Shown: positions 25,602-36,945, counted from the stretch's first letter. The stretch is DNA of 64,000 nucleotides from Schmidtea polychroa (GCA_044892525.1 CM097886.1:15004001-15068000), one strand, 5' to 3'. Numbers and translations are program-made. The notes: a model not told the origin generated them from the sequence alone.

Positions 25602-28600
25602 TAATTTAATAAAAAGTATATTTATTAATTAAAAAAAAATTTATAAGAAAAATTAATAAAAATGAATTTAGTTACTCGCATTTTACATAACTCGCATTGT
25701 CCCATCCGTACAATATTTTTTATTTCAGTTTTTCCTTAGTGTTTGAATTTTACTTCATACTTCACTAGGCTTCATAAAATGTGTGGTTAATTTTTCAATA
25801 ATATTTGTTGTTTTTGATATTAATTTAATTTTGTTCAATAAAATGTTGTTTAAAATAAAATCATTCTTGGGACCATGATTTGGAAGAAATTCTTAGGGTT
25901 CTAATAAAGTTAATAACCATATAAAAACAATAAAAAGTCAAAAGTTGAAAAAAAATCGGGCTGAATAGTATGAGTAATTTGTGACTCACGTGGCCGTTAG
26001 TTTTAATAAAAATTATTATAAGTATACAAAAAAATTAATATTACTTTCTTTATCCTTTGTATGGCGCATTTCAACAAAAACTAGAAAAAGATTATTTTTC
26101 AATTTTTTTAAACAAAAAATTTACATATGTTTTGACCATTACTAATGTGAAGTATGTAATTTTATTTTTTCCTCATTATTTCTGTGACCCTGGATATAAT
26201 TTTCTGGCTAACTATAATTCTAAAATCTGATTTTAGTTCGATTTTATTGTGTGATTTAGTAGTGTGGTTCATCTGAACCAGTTGTTGAACTATTTTATTA
26301 CTTCTACTACCTCTATTTTTCGCGCCAGATAAGGGGCATACGTACAGCGGATTTAAAAAATTTTGCGGTGGGTACCATTGTTTCTCTCTAGTTCGAGGTT
26401 TAACATCGATATTTATTCATTTTATAAACTTGCTTCTGTACGAGCATTTCACAATCTTTCTTTTAGAGATCTTTCATTAATCTTTTATTTTAAAACTCAC
26501 TGCTCTAGGCTGTGCATGAATGTATACTATTTTTTGTTGGGAAATGCTGGGCTAATTTCGTTTTGATCTGGTCTTGTAATATCCAGTTTAGCTTTTAACT
26601 CATGGATTCTTTTGGCTAAGATATTTTTATTTTTAACTCAGTCAAATTTAGATGGAAAAGTCCATGTTGTTGAAGCCATATTATATATAATAATACTGAT
26701 TTTTTAATTTGATAAATCAAATCGAGAATATACGGATTCTAGTACAATAGTATAAATTACCACTTAAACATTTAATAATATTGTTCAGTATATTTTAAAC
26801 ACAAGTGTGGGATTGTTCAGAAGTAATAATAGAATCGAAACTTATTGATGGTAGTAATTCATTGTGATCATTTATATTCGAGGCTTTGACAACCGATTAT
26901 TATTGTACCAATATTTTCTCAATAGAATTAAAATATACGCTGGCCGAAATTTTAATTTTCTCTGATTTCATGATATTTGTGAAAATAGCGATATCCATTA
27001 TAATATATGCATTTAAAAGCCCATGTTTTTCCATAATTTGAAATAGCTTAGAATTCCTTAAAATTCCAGATTTATATAATAAGCCAGCCAGTTGCTGCAC
27101 ATAGCTGCCATTTCTGTTCTGCCGTGGGTTTTCAAAGTAGATACACGTATTTGTGGCTTTTCCCAGTCATAAATTTTCCATGTTTCCACATCGAAACCTG
27201 GAACCCAGTTTCATAAAAAAATTTTGGCCTTGTTTAAATATCGCTGAATAATTTCGTCTATAATTTATCAAGTCAAGCATTATAGCTGCCATTACCATGC
27301 TTAGAAATCCTTTAAATAAGTAATTAAAGGATGAGATATATGAGCTTATATTAGCAGCACGCGCTCATACCATATTCCTGTCATTATACTAGATTTTTGT
27401 TCTGAGAATGTCAAAGTGCAATCTTCACGAATACTATTTTTTAATATTTCTATTTGCTTAACGGATAGATTTTTCCCTCTCAATTCTCCATGTTTTTAAA
27501 CTTCTAATTTGAATTTATTTTTGTAATTTTAAAATATTTTGTTTATTGATGAATATGGAAGGTTGAAATTTATGTTGGCTTGTTTTCTAGTCAATTTATT
27601 TGAATCCAATAATATAATAATAACATTCTTAGTTTCAATTGTTATTTTCTATTGTATTATTTTCTATAATAAAGATTTTTTCTAAAATTTTAATGACATT
27701 TAGTTATACCATTGAATTAAATATTAATAATATTGAGCTGAAAATCTATGCTATTGGACTATAATATTAGAAAGTATTTGAAATTATTAACCTTTCACAT
27801 TAATACTAATAAAATAATTTATTATTATCAAATGAAAGAGATTATTTGTATGGGATTCGTATAATGGATTTTTACTGGAACGTTTAAATCAGGTCTATCG
27901 ATTACATCGAAAAAAAAATTAGTGGTTAGTGTTATATGGATAAAGTTTTATTTATAACCACAGTTTTATTGAAATTTGATAACAACTACAAAAGGGATGG
28001 AAATTGATTTACCATATTCTGTCAACAAAGTACCATTGTTGGAAAAAATTGACATACTCAACTTTTACCAGTATAGTTTGGATATATTATTGTGAAATTT
28101 CAGAGCAAATAGAAATTAATAATTTGTTAAATCCATTCGAAGCATTTATCACTTTGAACTATGAGAAAAATGTGTATGTAGCTTGACAATTGACAACGAA
28201 CTATAAATATCTTTGGACAATTAGACAACATGATCATCAAATAAATGCAACTCAAAAGATTTATAATCTAATACAAATTTGCATTTGGACAAAAGAGTGG
28301 AGAAATTTTGTTGAAATTAAACCGATGATAAACGAAATCCATGTATATAAGAAAGCAGGAAAACAACAGAAAGTCAAAGTTATTTTTCAAAACTATACAA
28401 TTGAGACATTGAATAACAGGAAATCTTTTGTCAAATACGAAAACTTACAAGTAAATATCACTTACAGTCTTTCAATAATATATTACTAGAAGCTCTTTCA
28501 TGATAATGGAACCTATACGAACAATCAATGGTCAAAAATAAAGGCTCAATATAATATATCTCAGTAATAAAACCGATCAAATTCAAATAGAAATCAACAA

Positions 28601-29183
28601 TAACCAAGTTATTGTTTCATGCAGAGCTAAAAACCGAGAAAGAGTAAATAATAAGATTCAGGTAGTGCTGGATGAATATTAGTCAAGAGCAAAACTCAGT
28701 CTTCAAATCTTGGAAAACGGACTCAGTGTTCGTATTGTCGCTACTAAAACTAGAATTCTCATAAAACACTTTCTAGCATATTCTATTCTTGATCAATCCA
28801 GACACACAATGTCGTTGGTATTTGTGACGTCATGATGTAACTAATATATCTAGACCAGCGCTGTCCAACTTATCATAGCCCGTGGGCTATATTTTCTTCA
28901 CCAAACATTTCGGGGCCAAGAAGGTTGATGAAAAGTCAGTTTAGTAAATTAAAAAAATATTTTATTTATACTAAAAAGAAAACTTTAAAATATTCGTATT
29001 ATATTAATGAGAACATTGTGACCGTAATTGTTTTGAAAATTTGGTGAAAAAACCTTTTGCAATAAAGCATTAAATTTCTTTCAGGTGAAGTATTTACGGG
29101 GTCTGAAGTTCTATTTAATATTTATAAAATTCAATTTAATATTTATTAAAGTTCAGTTTAATATTTTTAAAGACTTATTCTTA

Positions 29184-29575
29184 ATGACAGAGACAAGAAA
29201 TTAAATATCAAATTGCATAAGGAAACTTATTATTCAAAACTATATCGACCTAAAATCAACAGAAGGAATATCAAGAATTTTTAATCTTCTCGAAGCCTCA
29301 ATTAGAAGTATTGTTCGAGTTTACAAGACAAGAGTGAAGGACGCATTGAAAAAAATATTGTAGGTGGAAGAAGAAATTATAAAATAAATGATGAGATTAA
29401 AATCTTTATACAAGAAAAGGTCTACGAGAAATGTGATATAACTCTCAAGGCTCTATCAGAAAAGGTAAAAGAAAAGTTTAAAGTGACTGTTTCTACAACT
29501 GCGGTCAATAATTCTTTAAAATCACTTCTTTATAGCTTTAAAAGATTATAAGTTGTGGCAAAAAAAGAAAAAGTG
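29184..29575 (+). pseudogene. N-terminal HTH part of an IS630/Tc1-like transposase
   Basis: Frameshifted reading ISRIFNLLEASIRSIVRVYK...GGRRNYKINDEIKIFIQEKVYEKCDITLKALSEKVKEKFKVTVSTTAVNNSLKSLLYSFKRL. Ends abruptly against the opposite-strand Tc1. Confidence 0.55.
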
Positions 29576-29577
29576 AT

Positions 29578-30340
29578 TTTTTACAAATCCCCGCAATGTT
29601 CAATTATGTTAATATCTGGAGACTGTGCTGGCCATTTCATCTTCGTAATTCTATTTTCTTCAAAAAATTTTCTTGTAATCTTACTTGTATGTTTCGGATC
29701 ATTGTCTTGTTGGAAAACAAAATCACTAAGGTTCAATTTCTCGACAGAAGGTAGTAAATTTTCCTGTAAAATTTTAATATATTTTAGTGAATCCATTTTT
29801 CCTTCAATTTTACATAAATTTCCGACTCCATTTTCTCCTATACAGCCCCAAACCATAATACTCCTTCCATTGTGTTTGACAGTTTTTAAAGTACATTTAT
29901 TTTTTAATCTTTCACCAGCTCTACGCCATACATAGGTAATCCCATCACTATTAAACAAGTTTATTTTTGACTCATCAGACCATATAATCTTTTTCCAATA
30001 GCTTTTAGCCCTCATAATAATTTTTTTTGCAAATTCCAATCTAGCTTTTTTATTCTTTTTTTATATAAAAGGTACTTTTTAGGTCTCACCCTACAAACTT
30101 AGCATATTTTTTCACTTTTTAAAGAAATAATCTTTTTAAACTTGTTTTCGACTTTGTTAGCTAGTTTAGGACCCGATGTAAATCTATCTACTTCAATTAT
30201 TTTTTTAATTCAGCTAATTCTTTGTCGGAAAGTGACCTTTTTCTCCCAGAATTGCTTCTTTTTGATTTAAAATCTTGTTCAGTGTATGTATTTAATATAT
30301 AACTAATACATCTTGGGGTTACATGTAGTAGTTCAGCCAT
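29578..30340 (-). pseudogene. Tc1-like (DD34E) transposase, 3'-truncated
   Basis: WKKIIWSDESKINLF, TVKHNGRSIMVWGC, FQQDNDPKHTS, WPAQSPDINIIEH. A frameshifted N-terminal SGRKR motif lies upstream. Confidence 0.9.
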
Positions 30341-31064
30341 TTCATTCCTTATTTTTTGCATCTAAAAATTGAAGCTCTTTCATAATCAGAAAGTGACTTT
30401 CTAAGTGACATAACCCTTAGTTTAAAATTTTAATATATAATAACAGATTTTAAAAATGGCGGGATCAAATTTTACTATTAATTAATAAATATTACATTTA
30501 TTTTGTCCGAGCGATTTTGATTAAGCTGTTGGCGTATGTGGGGAAAATAGAAAGTATACATACATAGTTATCATACACGTCAAGCATCATGATTCCGCTC
30601 AGACCATTCCCGCACACACTCCAGATGATCATTCACAAATTCCCACGTATGAGCCCGTGGTGATGTTCCACGTTGGTGCTGCTCACACGGGTTGGAAAGA
30701 GTTAGCAGGTGAGCCCCTGTCTTAGGACTACTCCTAACCCTTTCTCGGGTCGGGTTCCATGGCGCCCTAGAAGGTCTTACCCGGTTCTTTGCACAAAAAT
30801 TCAGTCCGACCCTGGTCCAAGGGGACGACATTTAAGCCTCTACTACACTTTCAGGATCCTGCTCTTCCGCAATTCAACCATGGCAATTCATACATTCAAT
30901 TAGCACAATCAAAAAAAAATAGAACAGTTGTATTATATCGAAAACATCAAGATACATCCATCATTACGTAAATACATATAAAACATTAAGGATTAGACAC
31001 AAGATGATATCAATTTTTAAGTTTATTCGTAATGGCAGAGAATCGAGACCCGAGAAGAAGTTTG

Positions 31065-31826
31065 CTACGAGAATGCTTCTCCTTCTGCAAGCATCTCGTC
31101 GATGTCAACCGGCAATCGTTGGTTGGAAATGTATTTAATGCCTTCTGCCGGAACGATGCGAAAGATTTCCTTTGTGGGAATTGAGTGACTAGACGATATC
31201 TCTTTTATGGTGGATTTGGCTGCAGATAGTGACGCTTCGAGTGCAGCCATTGCCTCTCGGCGTTTCTGATTTTTCTCGGCCCGGGTTGGCCGTTTTCGTT
31301 TGCGAGATGGAGGAGGGTTGTCCGTGTTCGAGGTGACGACAGGAGCCACTAGGATTGGAGCTAAGATCGGATCAGTAGGTCCACCCACCAAAGGTTGATA
31401 ACCAGATAATGATGGAGCCGGGACGGGTGGTAGATATGAACCATGTCCTTGGCAGTTTGTGGTGGTCGATTGAGATACCTGATGATGAAGTGGGAAGACA
31501 TTTGTATTCTCCAAGACGGGGAATTCCCGTACCCGCTTGGCCAGTTCCGCCTCCGTATAAACCTTGTGGAGGGCTTCGGACTGGGCTTTAATAGTCAATC
31601 GTTGGTTTCGGCTCTCCTCTAGGAGGCTATCTCTGCAGTGTTCTAGTCGGAGGATCTTACTCCGCTCCTCCTTCATTTGTGGCGGGGAGAACCACGTACC
31701 CTCATAGAGATCGATTCTCTTCTTCAATGCCCCGATGTATAGGTGAAGTTGTGCTATGTCGGCATTTTTATCCGCACACGAGAAGCACGGTCGAAGTTCC
31801 TTAGTGTTGCTGGAAGATGTCGTCAT
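31065..31826 (-). CDS. Orphan 253-aa protein (CxxC, coiled coil, Pro-rich linker, basic NLS-like KRKR motif) inside E2
   Basis: Uninterrupted ORF, visibly more GC-rich than its flanks, with AATAAA about 35 nt after the stop. A homologous decayed copy lies at 61557-61910. Confidence 0.7.
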   Translation of the reverse strand: MTTSSSNTKELRPCFSCADKNADIAQLHLYIGALKKRIDLYEGTWFSPPQMKEERSKILRLEHCRDSLLEESRNQRLTIKAQSEALHKVYTEAELAKRVREFPVLENTNVFPLHHQVSQSTTTNCQGHGSYLPPVPAPSLSGYQPLVGGPTDPILAPILVAPVVTSNTDNPPPSRKRKRPTRAEKNQKRREAMAALEASLSAAKSTIKEISSSHSIPTKEIFRIVPAEGIKYISNQRLPVDIDEMLAEGEAFS

Positions 31827-34274
31827 TCTAGAAAATCAATCGGTTTTATATCGAGTCAGGACATTTATTTTCGAATGATATAGTCGAGTTTAGGACACAA
31901 GCTGGCCATCTTATCCATCATCTCACCCAATGACAATCCACAGATCTCATCATCCATCTCCGTTTACTGGCATTCCACTACAAACATTCAAATTCACTCA
32001 TACAATCGTTTACGAAAAAGGAACGGGGATTTGATTAAGAAACGCCTCTGATCTAGGTCCACTTCCTTATCATGTCGTTATTCTCTAATTTTTTCATTAC
32101 TGTCTCAGCTTTCTATCGATGTAATGACTTCAAAACGAGACTAAAATCCCCGACAACTTATGGCTAATTATATGTTAATCTACGCTAGGGGAATTATAAT
32201 AAGAAAATTTAGTTAGAAAACTGAATATTAAATTAAAATTTCCAGTGATTTAAATTATACGCGGAATTTGTCGTCATGGAAACATTTATTTAGTTGTACG
32301 TTCTGATTGGATAGCTAGAGGTGTCAATCTTCCGATCGCAATTATAATTGTGCATTAGCTGTTATTTTCGAGCAACTGCCTATACTATTGGAAGAGATTA
32401 TCGCTTGTCTAGTAATTTGGAGAAAAATTCCAATTCCTCACCCTCGTCCATTGAAAATTTATTTCTGAAGAAAATCCATGTACTCACGTGATCATTACAT
32501 CACTAGCATTTCCTACCAAGCCGTAGATTCATTTGTACACCGCGCTACGTGGGAGTGACAGAAGTGTGTGTGTGTGTATACTATGACAGAATAGAATGGA
32601 TTACATAATCGACTTTCCGGCAAGAAGTAGTAGACAAATTGGGCATCCGATTTATCAGCTCAAACAACCGACGATGTAGCAGAGTGCGGAGTAAGTTGAC
32701 TTTGTTATCAAATTTCATTTCATGATGTTGACTCAGGATAATGATTATTAGCTGGTTCACTCGACTATTCCTACCCACAGAGCGATATATCATCAATTTA
32801 ATTTAACATTATCCGATGACCCTGTTGGCTGACGGTAACTGGCTATTGCAGATCAATTGAATACGGTTATCGTTGACGATAATTTCCCTCGACCTCATAG
32901 TAAGTATTCCTAAATTTTTATCGTACCGTGTTTACCTACCCGTCAGAGAGATTATTCCCTGCTGGTGACTGTGGCTCAAAGACAGAAATTCGACATTCAA
33001 GAGTACATCGATGGTGGATGTAACTGCTAACAACTGGGTGACAGATTTATAAGAAAAGAAAATCGAATCCCGCAGGAGGTGAAGACATTATACAATATCT
33101 CTGACTGATTCGTGAAATGGTGATGGTAATGCCTCCGAAAAATGCTCTAACGACGACCTGACTGTCATAAGGATCCTCTTTGCCTGCGTGGATTACTATT
33201 AGCTCAATGTCAATATCAAATGTCTATCTCTGTCTAAATTCTTGGCCATTTCTAAAATTCGTTGACACAGATTTTTTTGGAATTTTCGCCATAAGAATGG
33301 AACTAATCGCAGAACGATCGCACTCGGTGGAAATAATTTTACTCCGCCAACGCATCTCAACTACTAAGTCTCTTCACCCCTGATGACACACCCAAGAAGG
33401 CATTCATTTCTGCCGCCATTCTTGCACCGTCATGAGGGACCAATCGACTTATTCAACTTCAATATCTTTAGCATCATGTATGATTATAAAGCAATAAAAT
33501 CATGAACAAATAAATAAATATAAAAATTCTTACCCGGCAACCATATCATCTGGCATCCAAGTATGAGTTTTGTTTTTCATTTTAACCATCAAATTAGCAA
33601 ACATAAATAATTAATAAACCAAAATAAGTCACCATACCTAGAGCTTCGAAAAATTGGAACGAATTGAATTTTAAAACTGATCTCGTAATAAACTAGTCAC
33701 TAGTCGTTCGGTAACTTCGTGTAAATGTAAGTTCTGGAATCTCTGAAGTAATGCTTGTGAGTATGGTTCTGTGGAATATCTGTGATCTGTAATTGGTAAT
33801 CTGTAATCGTGAAAAATCAAAGTGGGTTAACTTCTTAACAATTTTACCTGTAATCGTGAAAAATCAAAGTGGGTGTCTTCTAATTTTTCACGTTACATAT
33901 ATAGTATTTTTCGTCCAATAAGGACGCAGCTTGTTTGTAATTTTCTATTTATTATTATTTTTTTATGTTTTTATTATAATGTATTGGGTTTTAATAACTT
34001 AACTCATTTCTTATTATTATTTTATTTATTTTTCTTATTTTTCTTATTTTTTCTCTTATTTTCTGCGGACTTATTGTTATTTTAATGTAATATAATTTTT
34101 GTTTTAATTAAACTTAGAAATGGTTTTATTTTTTATTTATTTCTTTAACTTTCCCGTTTATTGGTATAAGTATACAATAGGGGGGCCACTTTTTTATAAA
34201 TAAAGATATATAGATATAAATATTTAAATATATTAAAGTAATTAAAACATAGTTACGTTTATATTTACTTGGTA

Positions 34275-35177
34275 TTACACACCACCAAAATCATATTTTT
34301 CACGTATTTGATTGATTAATACATCAAACGCACGCTCATTTCGACAAAATCTTCTTCTCCACATGAATTCATCTAAGTACGAAGGAATGAAGCTACATCT
34401 AGTCCCAAACATATACTTAAATTTCCTTTTACATAAGGCCCACGAACCTTCTATTCCATTGGTGTTAACGCCGGTTAGGGGATCAATAAAGTGTTCCGAG
34501 TGATTCACCCACTGGTGTACATACGGTCCCAGTCTAGCTAAAGGTGTAGATGCATTTGGGTTTCGTCGGGGACCACCAGTATAGGTCGAGAATTCATCGG
34601 TCCAAATAGTCGTTCCCGGAAGTACAACACGCGAAAAAATCGGAAAAATTTCTTTTTGGGTCCTATTATCAACGAATTCAAAATGTACATTCTTCGTAGT
34701 ATAGTCTAGAATTCCGAAAACCCACCCACTGCGGGCATTCCGTCTCGGTTCGCCACGATTATGCAGCAAATTCATTAACTTGGACTCATCCGCTTGCACT
34801 ATATGATCTACTCCACCAAACAATAAAGGTTGAGATACTAACTTCCAACTGGCAATATCTCTGAAATACTGGTACCATTGAATTATAGTTTTTTTGGAAA
34901 TATCGGTGAAAAGCTGAACTTGTTTAATGGAGCATTCCGCGCCCCAAAAATACATCAATAGAAAAAGCTCACGAATATGCAGTTTTGAATTACAAAAAAA
35001 ACTCCCGTTTGTAATTGTTTGCTTGATTCGATGAGGATTTACGCGTGCCCGACTCCGGCAAACAAATATATATTCATTCACGACTTTGGAATCTTTAACT
35101 AGTTCCATAATACGCCCGCATCTCGCGCAGGTTGGATCGGCTCGTAACAAACCTACACTTTGGCAATGTCTTATCAA
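34275..35177 (-). CDS. Merlin/IS1595-family DDE transposase, at least 300 aa
   Basis: N-terminal CxxC, GSFF..SKL, GGVDHIVQADES, WVFGI, GTTIWTDE, VNHSEHFIDP.TGVNTNGIEGSW, SYLDEFMWRR. No stops; the true start may lie in or next to the N gap. Confidence 0.9.
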   Translation of the reverse strand: MIRHCQSVGLLRADPTCARCGRIMELVKDSKVVNEYIFVCRSRARVNPHRIKQTITNGSFFCNSKLHIRELFLLMYFWGAECSIKQVQLFTDISKKTIIQWYQYFRDIASWKLVSQPLLFGGVDHIVQADESKLMNLLHNRGEPRRNARSGWVFGILDYTTKNVHFEFVDNRTQKEIFPIFSRVVLPGTTIWTDEFSTYTGGPRRNPNASTPLARLGPYVHQWVNHSEHFIDPLTGVNTNGIEGSWALCKRKFKYMFGTRCSFIPSYLDEFMWRRRFCRNERAFDVLINQIREKYDFGGV

Positions 35178-35213
35178 AGACAGTGTGTCTCTTGAAAGTT
35201 CATATATTTGCTT

Positions 35214-35612
35214 NNNNNNNNNNNNNNNNNNNNNNNNNNNNNNNNNNNNNNNNNNNNNNNNNNNNNNNNNNNNNNNNNNNNNNNNNNNNNNNNNNNNNNN
35301 NNNNNNNNNNNNNNNNNNNNNNNNNNNNNNNNNNNNNNNNNNNNNNNNNNNNNNNNNNNNNNNNNNNACATCTTTTAAATAAGGATATNNNNNNNNNNNN
35401 NNNNNNNNNNNNNNNNNNNNNNNNNNNNNNNNNNNNNNNNNNNNNNNNNNNNNNNNNNNNNNNNNNNNNNNNNNNNNNNNNNNNNNNNNNNNNNNNNNNN
35501 NNNNNNNNNNNNNNNNNNNNNNNNNNNNNNNNNNNNNNNNNNNNNNNNNNNNNNNNNNNNNNNNNNNNNNNNNNNNNNNNNNNNNNNNNNNNNNNNNNNN
35601 NNNNNNNNNNNN
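35214..35612. other. Assembly gaps (N runs 35214-35367 and 35389-35612)
   Basis: N characters flanking a 21-bp island, in the 5' non-coding part of the Merlin. Confidence 1.
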
Positions 35613-36855
35613 GGCCCCCCTATTGTATACTTATACCCGTTTATTTATTTCACTTTTTTGTTCATTCTATTTTTATTTTATCCGCTGTGTGTCTTAAATC
35701 GTTTTATTTCTAAATCTTAGGGGTTTATTGGGTTTTATTTGGTTGGGTTACTTATTCTTATTCTTTTGTTAGTATTTTACTGTTCCTTCCTATTTACTAA
35801 TGAGATATGATGGTAATTTATATATTTCTTATTTTCATTTATTTTTCGAGGTTTACCTTTCTATTCGTTCCAGTTTTCTCCTCTCTGAAATTTAGCCCAA
35901 CAAAGCTTTTAAAATTGCAAAATTTTGCCAATATTGCATGTGACACAGTCGATTAACCTTAAAAAATATATTAAAACAGAATATTAATTCAAATTCTTTG
36001 CTTTTTCCTCAGCTGTTTTAAAAATTTGATCCTTCTTATTTTGTTGAATATCAGTTAAGGTTTCTGATAAAGATGAATTTATTTATTGTGGGAAACCGAT
36101 TTTTTTGAACAAAATTCACATTTTATAATAAAATTTGAAATATTTTTCAAAAAAATGCGCCCCTTAGCCTAAGGTGAATGCCATACTTGCCACCCTCGTT
36201 CCTAGGTTGTATATATACACACATATATATAATAAATATAATTTTATTTATTAAAAAGAGGTTGAAGACTATAAATCAGTAATATATCGATGTTTTTTAT
36301 ATTCACGAATTTTCGGCACTGTCTTTTTCAAGGGAATTTTATATTACTTTATCAAAAAAGTGTAGGTACATTGTTGAGTTGTAATTATTGTTCGGCAGGA
36401 TAGAACTATAAATCTAACTTTACTAGTTCTTGATCAGAATAATAACTCAACACATTAACTTTTTATTATTACTACAAATTCCGATTGTTCAAATTTTCAC
36501 CGATACAAATGATCCTTTGCTTGATAGTATGGGAAGGTAACTCTAAGGGAAACCACCTCAAGTAATGAAACTAATCTGATTAAATCAAATAGTAATCTCG
36601 GTCTTTTTCTTTTCAAAACCTCTACTTTGGCTTTTCATTATTTGCTCGGTTTTTTCTTCGACCAAAATGGTAGTTTGACCAAGTTTTTGGTTCATTTTGT
36701 ACAAGGCTCTTCTAGCGCCAGTTACTTTAAAATTGAACGAATCGCTCAAGATTAGCTAAATGTTTCTTCAAATTTAATTTATTTTGGTCTTAGTTTGACA
36801 AGCTGACATTTCGTTTGTCAAGCTTCGGGATCTATACCATTTTCGTTTTAAAATG

Positions 36856-36945
36856 AGAATAGTAAACTTCAATATATAAGAATAGTAAATTTCAATTTGA
36901 GAATAGTAAACTTCAATATAAGAATAGTAAATTTCAATATGAGAA
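36856..36945 (+). repeat. Minisatellite, four 21-23 bp units
   Basis: AGAATAGTAAA(C/T)TTCAAT(A/T)T.. repeated in tandem. Confidence 0.75.

Larger units (their letters stand above)
34163..35637 (-). mobile_element. Merlin (IS1595/ISXO2-like) DNA transposon nested in E2
   Basis: Perfect 25-bp TIRs GGTATAAGTATACAATAGGGGGGCC (34163-34187 and 35613-35637) and perfect 8-bp TSD CGTTTATT (34155-34162 and 35638-35645). Confidence 0.95.
30527..35902 (-). mobile_element. TGTTGG...CCAACA insertion E2 (about 3.9 kb without the nested Merlin) carrying an orphan ORF
   Basis: Ends TGTTGGCGTA (30527) and TAGCCCAACA (35902), perfect 4-bp TSD AAGC (30523-30526 and 35903-35906). The A-rich 5' tract on the minus strand (about 33900-34160 plus 35640-35880) is split by the Merlin. 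Confidence 0.8.

Noticed and set aside
28856-29120. hAT end remnant CAGCGCTGTCCAACT...GCCCGTGGGC
   Set aside because: It resembles Charlie-type ends, but no partner terminus or TSD was found, so it is not listed as a feature.
30651-30745. Group II intron domain V/VI look-alike (GAGCCCGTG...CACGGGTT, then a purine run and hairpin)
   Set aside because: The upper stem-loop is too long and lacks the GNRA tetraloop. No bulged branch A, no 5' GUGYG, no domains I-IV or maturase recognised, and E4 lacks it.
30527-32100. Deltavirus/obelisk-like origin of the 253-aa ORF (coiled coil + basic + Pro-rich)
   Set aside because: No rod-like self-complementarity between the ORF and its flanks and no HDV or hammerhead core found. 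The resemblance is compositional only.
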